Assembly: GCF_000284115.1 (NCBI RefSeq)
Contig: NC_017080.1
Location: 780,001 to 812,000, forward strand
Reading direction: 5' to 3'
From: Phycisphaera mikurensis NBRC 102666
Lineage (GTDB): Bacteria; Planctomycetota; Phycisphaerae; Phycisphaerales; Phycisphaeraceae
DNA length: 32,000 nt
Part shown: positions 9,235 to 16,933 of the stretch, one piece after another
Layout: every line of letters begins with the position of its first letter
Position numbering within the stretch: the stretch's first letter is position 1
The notes under the pieces: generated by a model
The model's input: only the letters and a program-made list of their open reading frames with translations
What the model was told of the DNA's origin: nothing
Databases searched by the model: none
Program-made: the position numbers and the translations under genes

Positions 9235-9590
9235 AGGGGGTCGGGAGAAGCGAAGAAGCGAAGAAGCGAAGAAGTTGGGAAGCGAAGAAGTCAGGCACCG
9301 CGTCGGCTGCGCCGACCGGAGGACACGCACCGCCGAGCGGAGCGATGGCGCGCCTGCCTGACTTCCTCGCTTCCCCGCTTCTCCGCTTCTCCGCTGAGTG
9401 GATGAAGGGTGCCGGGAGAAGCGAAGAAGCGAAGAAGTTGGGAAGCAGAGAAGTCAGGCACCGCGTCGGCTGCGCCGACCGGAGGACACGCACCGCCGAG
9501 CGAAGCGATGGCGCGCCTGCCTGACTTCTTCGCTTCTTCGCTTCTTCGCTTCTCCGCTTCTCCGCTTCTTCGCTCCCGTCGCCGGTGTAG
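9225..9590. repeat. Two tandem copies of a ~170-bp element bounded by inverted GAAGCGAAGAAGC / GCTTCTTCGCTTC arrays
   Basis: Copy 1 begins GAGTGGATGAAGG at 9225 and copy 2 begins with the same sequence at 9396. Each has the core CAGGCACCGCGTCGGCTGCGCCGACCGGAGGACACGCACCGCCGAGCG(G/A)AGCGATGGCGCGCCTGCCTGACTTC. Confidence 0.9.
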
Positions 9591-9674
9591 CTTTTCCGGC
9601 CGGTCCCGTTCCGCTTCCCGCCCCCGCCCCCGCCCCCGCTTGCCCGCCCGGTCGCCGGAGGCGACGCCCCCGCC

Positions 9675-10433
9675 ATGCCCGACGCCCCGCCGTACATCCT
9701 GCTCTCCGACGTCGACGACACGCTGCTGGGCGACGACGCGGCGACGCGACGCTTCGCGGACTTCGTGGAGAGCCGCCGGGACCGGCTCGCCTTCGTGATG
9801 AACTCCAGCCGCTTCGTCGCTTCGCAGCTCCGCTCGCTGGAGGAGACGGCGCTGCCCGGGCCGGACCTGCTGATCGGCGGGATGGGCACGGAGATCGCGC
9901 TGCCCCCGGGCGGCTCGCGGCTGCCCGACGCCCAGGCGCACGCCGACATCTGGCGGGCGAAGCACCTCGCCGGCTGGGACGTGGTGAAGGTCGTCGGCGT
10001 GCTCGACCGCTTCCCCGGCGTCGAGCCGCAGCCCGAGGCGAACCAGAGCGACCTCAAGCAGAGCCGCTACCTGCGCGACGCCTCCGAGGAAGACCTCGCC
10101 GCGCTGCGGGGCGAGCTGGCGGACGTGGGCCAGGACGTCCGCGTGACGTACAGCTCCGCGCGCGACCTGGACGTCACGCCGGCGGGAGCGGACAAGTCGA
10201 CGGCGGTCCGCTTCGTCATGAAGTCCTTCGGCTACGACGACGGCCACGCCGCGGTCGCCGGCGACTCGGGCAACGACCGGGCGATGCTCACCTGCGGCGC
10301 GTGGGGCATCGTCGTCGCGAACCACCGGCCGGAGCTGGCGGACCTCGCCGGGGAGCGGATCCACCGGGCTGCGGCCGGCCACGCGGACGGGGTGATCGAG
10401 GGGCTGAAGCGCTGGTTCCCGGAGCTGGCCTGA
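9675..10433 (+). CDS. Sucrose-6-phosphate phosphatase-like HAD hydrolase
   Basis: HAD motif I 'ILLSDVDDTLLGDD', 'LLIGGMGTEI', 'DVTPAGADKSTAVRFVMKSFG', motif IV 'AVAGDSGNDRAML', 'GIVVANHRPEL'. Confidence 0.85.
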   Translation: MPDAPPYILLSDVDDTLLGDDAATRRFADFVESRRDRLAFVMNSSRFVASQLRSLEETALPGPDLLIGGMGTEIALPPGGSRLPDAQAHADIWRAKHLAGWDVVKVVGVLDRFPGVEPQPEANQSDLKQSRYLRDASEEDLAALRGELADVGQDVRVTYSSARDLDVTPAGADKSTAVRFVMKSFGYDDGHAAVAGDSGNDRAMLTCGAWGIVVANHRPELADLAGERIHRAAAGHADGVIEGLKRWFPELA

Positions 10434-10475
10434 GGAGGCGCTGCCTCGCCGCGGGCCGTCCGTAGTCTCCTCCGG

Positions 10476-11771
10476 ATGCCGAGCACCCCCGTGAGCGACC
10501 TGCAGGCCCCGCGCGGAACGCGCGACTTCTACCCCGAGGAGATGGCCCGGCACCGCCGGCTGCTCGACGCGTGGCGGCGCGTGTCCCTCCGCAACGGCTT
10601 CGAGGAGGTCGACGGGCCCATCTTCGAGACGCTCGACCTCTACAAGGTCAAATCCGGCGACGGCATCGTCTCGGAGCTGTTCAGCTTCCGCCGCGACGGC
10701 GGCTCCACCGACTACGCGCTGCGCGCCGAGTTCACGCCGACGCTGGCCCGCATGGTCGCCAAGCGGGCCAACGGCCTGCCCAAGCCGATCAAGTGGTTCG
10801 CCACGCCGAACTTCTGCCGGGCCGAGCGGCCCCAGCGGGGGCGGCTCCGCGAGTTCTGGCAGTGGAACGTCGACTTCCTCGGCGAGGCGGGCCCCTCCGC
10901 CGACGCCGAAGTCGTCTTCGTGCTCGTCGACCTGCTGCGCGAGCTCGGCGTGCGGGAGGGCCAGGTGCAGGTGCGGATCAGCCACCGGGCCGTCGTCGCC
11001 CAGGTGCTGCAGCGGCTGGGCGTGCCGGCAGAGAGGCTGACCGAGGCTTTCGAGCTGCTCGACAGCCGGAGCAAGCTCGAGCCCGGCGTGTTCGCCGAGC
11101 GTGCGGCGGGCCTGGGGCTGGATCCCCCGAAGGTGCAGCGGCTCGACGAGGTCTGCCGCCGCCGCTTCGCGGCGGGCGACCTAGGCCACCTCGCCCGGGC
11201 GCTGGGCATGGACGCCCCGCCGGACGACCTCGTCGGGCTCGACGCGCAGCTGGTCGCCTTCGGCATCGCCGGCTGGTGCGCCTACGACCTGGGCGTCGTC
11301 CGCGGGCTCGCGTACTACACGGGCACGGTGTTCGAGGCCTTCGAGACCGCCGGCGTCGAGCGGGCGCTCGCCGGCGGAGGCCGCTACGACCGGCTGATCG
11401 AGACCTTCGGCGGCCCGGCGATGCCCGCCGTCGGCTTCGGCATGGGCGACGTGGTGCTCGCGAACCTGCTCAGAGACAAGAAGCTCGAGCCCGAGCACGC
11501 GGGCGACGGGCCCGACGTGTTCATCGTCCCGCTGGCCGACGCGGACCCCGCCGCGGTCACCGGCTGGGTCGCACGCCTGCGAAGCGGAGGCCTGCACGCG
11601 CGCACCACGTACAAGCCGACCCGGAACACCGGCAAGCTGCTGAAGGAAGCGACGGGCGCCCGGGCCCGCTTCGCCCTGCTCGTCGGCGTCGATTCGCTCG
11701 AGCTCAAGAACCTGGCCACCGGCGAGCAGCAGGCGATCGCCGACGAGGACGTCGCCTCCCGCCTCCGCTGA
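10476..11771 (+). CDS. hisS: Histidyl-tRNA synthetase
   Basis: 'LQAPRGTRDFYPEEM', 'LRAEFTPTLARMVA', 'FATPNFCRAERPQRGRLREFWQWNVDFLG', 'VRGLAYYTGTVFEAF', 'ALAGGGRYDRLIETFGG'. Confidence 0.95.
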   Translation: MPSTPVSDLQAPRGTRDFYPEEMARHRRLLDAWRRVSLRNGFEEVDGPIFETLDLYKVKSGDGIVSELFSFRRDGGSTDYALRAEFTPTLARMVAKRANGLPKPIKWFATPNFCRAERPQRGRLREFWQWNVDFLGEAGPSADAEVVFVLVDLLRELGVREGQVQVRISHRAVVAQVLQRLGVPAERLTEAFELLDSRSKLEPGVFAERAAGLGLDPPKVQRLDEVCRRRFAAGDLGHLARALGMDAPPDDLVGLDAQLVAFGIAGWCAYDLGVVRGLAYYTGTVFEAFETAGVERALAGGGRYDRLIETFGGPAMPAVGFGMGDVVLANLLRDKKLEPEHAGDGPDVFIVPLADADPAAVTGWVARLRSGGLHARTTYKPTRNTGKLLKEATGARARFALLVGVDSLELKNLATGEQQAIADEDVASRLR

Positions 11772-11772
11772 A

Positions 11773-11818
11773 GCCGCGGACCGCGGGCGCAAACGCCGCT
11801 CCCGGCCGACGGTCCGCG
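11773..11818. terminator. Putative terminator/hairpin following hisS
   Basis: 10-bp perfect inverted repeat: CCGCGGACCG (11773-11782) and CGGTCCGCGG (11809-11818), immediately after the hisS stop. Confidence 0.45.
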
Positions 11819-11847
11819 GGAGGGGGAGGCGGAGAGAACCTTCCTGG

Positions 11848-12744
11848 ATGCCGATGACCCGCTCCCTCCTCTTCGTCGCCGCCCTGGGTCTGCTCGTCGG
11901 GTGGATCCTCTGGCGGCTGCAGAGCGGCCCGCCGGCTTTCGCTTCCCTGCCGGGGCCGACCCGGAGCGTCGTCTACAAGACGACGCCGCAGGGCGAGCTG
12001 CGGCTGTTCCTCCACGAGCCCGCCGAGCGGGGCATCGGACCCGCCCCGGCGGTGCTGTTCTTCCACGGCGGCGGCTGGCTGAACGGCACGGCGACGCAGT
12101 TCGACGGCCAGGCCGGCCGGCTCGCGGACCGGGGCATCGTGGGGATCCAGGCCGAGTACCGCCTCGCGGACCCGCACGGCGCGACGCCCTTCGCGTCGCT
12201 CGCCGACGCGATCACGGCGATGCGGTACGTCCGCCGCCACGCGGCCGGGCTGGGCGTCGACCCCGGCCGCGTGGCCGCGGGCGGCGGCTCCGCCGGCGGC
12301 CACCTCGCCGCGGCGCTCGCGACGGCGACGGCGGAGGACTTGGACACCGACCCGCCCGCGGACCGCGGCGTCTCGTACCGGCCGGACGCGCTGATCCTCT
12401 TCAATCCGGTCTACGACAACGGCCCCGGCGGCTACGGCCACGAGCGGATCGGCGACCGCTACACCGACTTCTCGCCGCTTCACAACCTCCACGCCGGCAT
12501 GCCGCCGACGCTGGTGATGCTCGGCGACCGCGACGACCTCGTACCCGTCGCCACCGCGGAACGCTTCCGCGACGGCATGCGGGGCCTGGGCGTCCGCAGC
12601 GAGCTCATCGTCTACCCCGGCGAGACCCACGGCTTCTTCAACCCGCACCGCGGCCGCCGCGTCATGTACGAGCGGACGCTCGCGGCGACGGAGGCGTTCC
12701 TCGCGTCGCTGGGCTGGATCGGGCCGCCGCCGGGCTCGCGTTGA
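11848..12744 (+). CDS. Alpha/beta hydrolase (esterase/lipase-like, possibly membrane-anchored)
   Basis: 'VLFFHGGGWLNG', nucleophile region 'VAAGGGSAGGHLAAAL', 'PPTLVMLGDRDDLVPV', 'GETHGFF'; N-terminal hydrophobic segment 'LLFVAALGLLVGWILW'. Confidence 0.88.
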   Translation: MPMTRSLLFVAALGLLVGWILWRLQSGPPAFASLPGPTRSVVYKTTPQGELRLFLHEPAERGIGPAPAVLFFHGGGWLNGTATQFDGQAGRLADRGIVGIQAEYRLADPHGATPFASLADAITAMRYVRRHAAGLGVDPGRVAAGGGSAGGHLAAALATATAEDLDTDPPADRGVSYRPDALILFNPVYDNGPGGYGHERIGDRYTDFSPLHNLHAGMPPTLVMLGDRDDLVPVATAERFRDGMRGLGVRSELIVYPGETHGFFNPHRGRRVMYERTLAATEAFLASLGWIGPPPGSR

Positions 12745-12780
12745 GGGAAACCGGGGGAGCACCGCGACGCTCGACGCGTT

Positions 12781-12800
12781 CATGATAATCGGTTATCATG
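12781..12800. promoter_or_regulatory. Perfect 8-4-8 palindrome, candidate Fur/Zur-type operator
   Basis: CATGATAA-TCGG-TTATCATG, an isolated AT-rich palindrome in a very GC-rich intergenic region, upstream of the metal-related-looking gene cluster. Confidence 0.5.
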
Positions 12801-13124
12801 GTGCGGTGCCCAAGCCGCCCCCGAGCCACGAAGCCGTTCGATCCGCGAGTCCCGCGGCGCGGGCGGCAGCGGGTGCGCAGCGCCCGGGCCGCGGTGCCGC
12901 GTGCGGCAGGGCCGGCCGGTGATGGGCGCCCGCTCCCTCCTCGCTCCGCTGCTGGCGCCCGCGCAGCCGTCCGCCCCCGGCGGCCCGGCCGGGTGGCTGG
13001 CGCACGCTCCCGGCGCGTCCGGGAGCCGCGGCGGCGCGACCCGCCACGCGGCGACCCACGCCGCCGCGGTGTCGCCCGCGGAGGGTGCGTTGCGGAACCC
13101 GGGCACGCGTCTCCGCTCGCCAGG

Positions 13125-13147
13125 CCGCGGACCGCCCGCCGCGGACG
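13125..13147. repeat. 23-bp intergenic repeat, copy 1
   Basis: CCGCGGACCGCCCGCCGCGGACG, identical to 16798-16820. Confidence 0.9.
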
Positions 13148-13241
13148 CCTGACCGGCGGCGCGTTGGCGCCCCGCTCTGCCCCGTCCGCGGCCGCCACCG
13201 GCCGCCGGTCAACACCCGCCCTCGCTCCAAGGAGGTGTGCC

Positions 13242-14021
13242 CTGCGCATCCGCTCCCCGGCTCCCGCTCCGCGCGCCTTCACGCTCATTGAGCTGCTGGT
13301 CGTCGTCTCCATCATCGCCCTGCTCATCGGGCTCCTGCTGCCGGCGCTGGGCAGCGCCCGCCGGACCGCTTCGGCGCTGGCCGACCTCAGCAACCTCAAG
13401 CAGATGGAGATCGCCCACGCCAGCTACGCCGTCGACAACGACAGCCGGCTGATCCAAGCCAACCTCGCGCACGGCGGCGTCGTTCACTACAACCCCGACG
13501 GCTCGCCCGTCGTGCCGTGGATCGACACGCTGCGGACGTACTACGCGGCCGATCTGGTCGTGCGCTCGCCGCTGGACGACAGCCCCCACTGGGGGCCGTT
13601 CCCCGCGGGCGAGCCCATCCCGGGCGCCCCGGCCAACCAGCGGCGCGTGACCAGCTACGGGATCAACACCTTCACCGACCCGGTGCTGGTGCCCTGGGGC
13701 CCGGGCTTCGTCTCGCCCTTCCGCGGGTACACGATGGACACGATCCGCCGACCGGCGTCGGTGGTGCACTTCCTGCCGATGGCCCACGGGGGCACGTTCG
13801 CCGGCGCCGACCACCCCCACGCCGAGGAGTGGCTGGTGCATCCCGTGCCCGCGTTCGCGGCGCAGGGCCAGGCGCAGATCAACGCCGTCAAGGGCGAGCC
13901 GGGCACCCCGGCCGCCGTCGCCAACTGGGGCTTCCTGGACGGCCACGCCGCCGCCACCGGGTTCTCGGAGCTGGTGACCGACCTCCAGCTCAACCGCCTC
14001 GACCCCGACCGCGCCCCCTGA
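13242..14021 (+). CDS. Prepilin-type N-terminal cleavage/methylation domain protein (pseudopilin-like)
   Basis: '[57 protein letters not shown]...WGFLDGHAAA'. The track ORF starts at 12798, but GGAGG at 13231-13235 followed by an in-frame CTG at 13242 looks more plausible. Confidence 0.85.
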   Translation: MRIRSPAPAPRAFTLIELLVVVSIIALLIGLLLPALGSARRTASALADLSNLKQMEIAHASYAVDNDSRLIQANLAHGGVVHYNPDGSPVVPWIDTLRTYYAADLVVRSPLDDSPHWGPFPAGEPIPGAPANQRRVTSYGINTFTDPVLVPWGPGFVSPFRGYTMDTIRRPASVVHFLPMAHGGTFAGADHPHAEEWLVHPVPAFAAQGQAQINAVKGEPGTPAAVANWGFLDGHAAATGFSELVTDLQLNRLDPDRAP

Positions 14022-14062
14022 GCGCGGCGGACCCCTTCCAAACGCAATCCACAAGGAACGCC

Positions 14063-14830
14063 ATGCAACACACGATCGCCCCCACCCTCCTCCTCGCCGC
14101 CGCCCTGGCTCCCGCGGCCGCCCACGCCGAGCACGCCGACGCGATGCTCCTGGTTGGCCCCGACGGGCGGCTGACCACCGGCCTCTACAGCTTCGACACC
14201 GCGACGGTGCTCGCCACCGACGAGCGCGTCTTCGAGGGCGAGTTCGACGCCTTCGGCATCGTCGCCGAGCCGGGCTTCAACGCGCTGCCGGCCGGGAGCG
14301 CCGGCCTCCCCGCGGGCTTCTCGGCGCTGCCGGGCAACACGCCGGTGACCTTCACCGGCCGCGCCTTCACCCAAGCCGGCGTGACGAGCAACCTCTGGCA
14401 CTGGGACGCCACCGGCCCGGTGGACTTCCAGCCGGTGACGGCTCCGACCTCGCTGGACATCAAGCGCTCGGTCTTCACCACCAACCTCGACGGCGGCTCC
14501 GCCGACGCGGCGGGCTTCCTCATCGACACCACCGGCGCCAGCGGCTCGCTGCACCGGCACGTGAGCTTCCAGGTGAACGACGGCGACGGCGACCCGCTCG
14601 TGCAGTCCGCGGCCGCGGGCTTCTACCTCTGGTCGATGGAGCTGGCCGTCGGATCCGCCCTCACCGCCGAGCCGATCTTCTTCGTCCACGGCCTCGGCGT
14701 CGAGAACGAGGCGCTCCACGAGCAGGCGATTGCCTTCGTCGAGGCCAACGTCGTGCCCGAGCCCACGGCGGCCCTGGGCCTGGCCGCCGCCGGCGTCGTG
14801 CTGCTGTCCCGCCGCCGCGCTGCGGCCTGA
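14063..14830 (+). CDS. PEP-CTERM sorting domain-containing protein (A)
   Basis: ATG 14063 preceded by AAGGA. Signal peptide 'MQHTIAPTLLLAAALAPAAAHAEH', C-terminus 'VVPEPTAALGLAAAGVVLLSRRRAAA'; His-containing 'SLHRHVSFQV'. Confidence 0.88.
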   Translation: MQHTIAPTLLLAAALAPAAAHAEHADAMLLVGPDGRLTTGLYSFDTATVLATDERVFEGEFDAFGIVAEPGFNALPAGSAGLPAGFSALPGNTPVTFTGRAFTQAGVTSNLWHWDATGPVDFQPVTAPTSLDIKRSVFTTNLDGGSADAAGFLIDTTGASGSLHRHVSFQVNDGDGDPLVQSAAAGFYLWSMELAVGSALTAEPIFFVHGLGVENEALHEQAIAFVEANVVPEPTAALGLAAAGVVLLSRRRAAA

Positions 14831-14916
14831 TCGACCCCGACTTCGCGATCGGGCCCGTCGCCCGGTGGCTCCCCCGGCCGCTTCACCGCCGGCCGCCTCT
14901 CCGAAAATAACGAACC

Positions 14917-15861
14917 ATGAAACGACCCTCCGCCTTCCGCTCCCTCGCTTCGTTCCGCTCGCTCTGCTGCGTGTGCACCACCGCGGCGGCCGCCGCGGCC
15001 GCCACGGCCCCCGCCCCCGCGGACGCCTCGCCCGAGCCGGGCATCAACATCTACCACGTCGGCGTCGACGCCGGCGCGACCATCGGCTTCGGCCCGTACA
15101 AGGGCCTGGTCAACCCCAACGAGAACCGGCTCACGCTGTTCCTCTCGCACACCTTCACCGACACGCCCACCAGCAACCACTACCACCGCATCGGCTCGTA
15201 CGCCTACACCGGCGGTCCCGCCGACCCGCAGCCGGGCTTCTCGGGGAACAACCGGCTGCCCGAGCCCTACCAGCAGGACGACGGGCTGTCGCTGCTGCCC
15301 GGCTCGGGGGTCTTCGCGGGCAAGATGGTTTCGGGCCTGGGTCCCGCCGCCTTCCCCGGGGACGAGATCGAGGAGGAGTACGGCGACCTCACCGTGCGTC
15401 CCATCGACCAGCTGCTGCCCTTCGATGGACGCCTCGCCGACCCCGACGACCCGCGGGGCCAGCCCTTCCACCCCGGCCACTACCTGGTCAACGCCTCCGG
15501 GGGCGTCTACAAGACGCCGATCGCCGGCACCACCGTCGGGCTCCGGCTGACGGAGCTCTCTGAAGGCTTGGGCGTGTTCGACGCGAGCGGGAACGAGCTG
15601 TTCACCGGCGTCGGCGAGGTGCTCACCCTCGGCGACAGCGCCGACTGGTCCTTCTCGCCGGTCTTCGCGGCGGAAGGCGACGCCACGCCCGGCACCGCCT
15701 TCTCGGCGACCTTCGAGCTGACGGACCTCTCCGCCACGCCCACCTACGGCGACTCCGCCGCCTTCTCGGTGGACTTCGTGGCCGTGCCCGAGCCCACCGC
15801 GGCCCTCGCCCTCGCCCTCGCCGGCGTCGGCCTGCTCGGCCGGCGGCGCCGCCACGGCTGA
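14917..15861 (+). CDS. PEP-CTERM protein (B), resembling the all3515-type Zur-repressed PEP-CTERM family
   Basis: 'INIYHVGVDAGATIGFGPYKGLVNPNENRLTLFLSHTFTDTPTSNHYHRIGSYAYTGG...NNRLPEPYQQDDGLSLLPGSGVFAGKMVSG' and C-terminal 'VPEPTAALALALAGVGLLGRRRRHG'. Family assignment from memory of the pattern. Confidence 0.8.
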   Translation: MKRPSAFRSLASFRSLCCVCTTAAAAAAATAPAPADASPEPGINIYHVGVDAGATIGFGPYKGLVNPNENRLTLFLSHTFTDTPTSNHYHRIGSYAYTGGPADPQPGFSGNNRLPEPYQQDDGLSLLPGSGVFAGKMVSGLGPAAFPGDEIEEEYGDLTVRPIDQLLPFDGRLADPDDPRGQPFHPGHYLVNASGGVYKTPIAGTTVGLRLTELSEGLGVFDASGNELFTGVGEVLTLGDSADWSFSPVFAAEGDATPGTAFSATFELTDLSATPTYGDSAAFSVDFVAVPEPTAALALALAGVGLLGRRRRHG

Positions 15862-16064
15862 GCTTTCTCGTCGCGCCGGCTCCCGCACCGGGGGCCGGCG
15901 CCTTGGACGCCGCACGCCGCGGCGTCCGCCAAGAGGGTCCGCGACGGGCGCCCGAGGGTCCGCCCGCGCGGTCGGCTCCGAGGGCCGCGGATCCCCGTGT
16001 CGCGACGCGGGCGATCGGGTGGGTTTCTTCTTGGCGTCTCGCGAGAGTCGCCTATCATGGAGCG

Positions 16065-16442
16065 GTGCCTCGCTCCTCCCCCCACGCCGCCTCCGTCGAG
16101 CGACTGCTGCGCGACGCGGCGGGGCCGATGTCGGCGGCGGAGGTGGCCGAGGCGCTGGCCCACACGGGGATCGGGATCGCGACCGTCTACCGGCTGCTCG
16201 GCCGCGGCGCGGAGGAGGGCCGGTACGTCGCGGTCGAGATGCCGCACGGCCCGGCCCGGTACGAGCCGGCGGACCGTCCGCATCACCACCACTTCGCGTG
16301 CACCGCGTGCGAGGCGGTGTACGACGTGCCCGGCTGCACGGGGAACCTCAAGAAGCTGGTGCCCGAGGGCTTCACGCTCGACGCCCACGAGATCCTGCTG
16401 ACCGGCCGGTGCGCGGACTGCAGCGCGGGGTCGAAGCTTTGA
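16065..16442 (+). CDS. Fur family metalloregulator, possibly Zur
   Basis: 'AAEVAEALAHTGIGIATVYRLLGRGAEEGRYVAVEMPHGPARYEPADRPHHHHFACTACEAVYDVPGC...GRCADCS' (winged helix, HHHHF, CxxC pair). GTG 16065 start preferred over the track start 15903. Confidence 0.9.
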   Translation: MPRSSPHAASVERLLRDAAGPMSAAEVAEALAHTGIGIATVYRLLGRGAEEGRYVAVEMPHGPARYEPADRPHHHHFACTACEAVYDVPGCTGNLKKLVPEGFTLDAHEILLTGRCADCSAGSKL

Positions 16443-16825
16443 GCGTCACGCGACCGCTCCTGTTCCTGGTCGCCGCCGCGCTCCTGCTGAGCCTCGGCGG
16501 CCCCGCCGGCCTGCTGCACCATCGGCTGGCTCACGCGGGCGGCCACGCCGCGGCTCACGGCGGGCACGGCCACGCGCACGCTCATGCGGACGCTCCCGCT
16601 TCGCCGGCTCCCGACGAGCCCGCGGACCCGCAGGAGCCAGCCGACCCGGGCTGCACGCTCTGCCACGCCCTCGCGCACCCGCTCGCGGTGCCGCCGCAGC
16701 CGGTCGTCGCGGCCCCGCTCCCGCCGCTGGGCGCGGCGGTGCGCGCTGCCCGGCCCCGGTCGGTCTACGCGACCTCTCAACGGAGCCGTCCGCCGGACCG
16801 CGGACCGCCCGCCGCGGACGTCTAA
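16439..16825 (+). CDS. Small exported His-rich protein with CxxC motif
   Basis: TTG start overlapping the Fur-family stop. 'TRPLLFLVAAALLLSLGGPAGLLHHRLAHAGGHAAAHGGHGHAHAHADAPAS...DPGCTLCHALAHPL', in the frame of track ORF 16019..16825. Confidence 0.7.
   Translation: MSVTRPLLFLVAAALLLSLGGPAGLLHHRLAHAGGHAAAHGGHGHAHAHADAPASPAPDEPADPQEPADPGCTLCHALAHPLAVPPQPVVAAPLPPLGAAVRAARPRSVYATSQRSRPPDRGPPAADV
16798..16820. repeat. 23-bp repeat, copy 2
   Basis: CCGCGGACCGCCCGCCGCGGACG, identical to 13125-13147; it lies at the extreme 3' end of the His-rich ORF. Confidence 0.9.
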
Positions 16826-16933
16826 GCGGCGGCGCCCCTGCGCGCCGCTCCGTCTCGCTCCGTCCGCGGCCCCCGGCTCCTCGCTGAGGGGCGGTCTCGC
16901 GGAACCCGGTCTCCCTGCTCTCCAACGGAAGTC

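Noticed and set aside
9241-9590. Repeated GAAGCGAAGAAGC as a CRISPR-like array
   Set aside because: Repeats are contiguous simple-sequence arms with inverted counterparts and no unique spacers.
9150-10057. Minus-strand ORFs translating as 'LLRFFASSLLRFSAS...' (e.g. 8434..9330, 9149..10057, 9291..10985)
   Set aside because: The low-complexity segments come from the tandem inverted repeat; the rest is antisense to SPS, SPP and hisS.
12798-12870. Possible tRNA (GTTCGATCC-like T-loop sequence near 12840)
   Set aside because: T-stem arms do not pair and no cloverleaf can be drawn; chance match.
13085-13237. Coding extension of prepilin-like protein 1 up to ATG 12798
   Set aside because: The translated N-terminal extension is Arg/Pro-rich low complexity, contains the 23-bp intergenic repeat, and would bury the prepilin leader peptide ~160 residues in.
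16051-16060. TATCATGG near the Fur-family start as a second copy of the palindrome
   Set aside because: Only a half-site is present; the other arm is missing, although it might serve as a -10 element (TTGGCG-N16-TATCAT).
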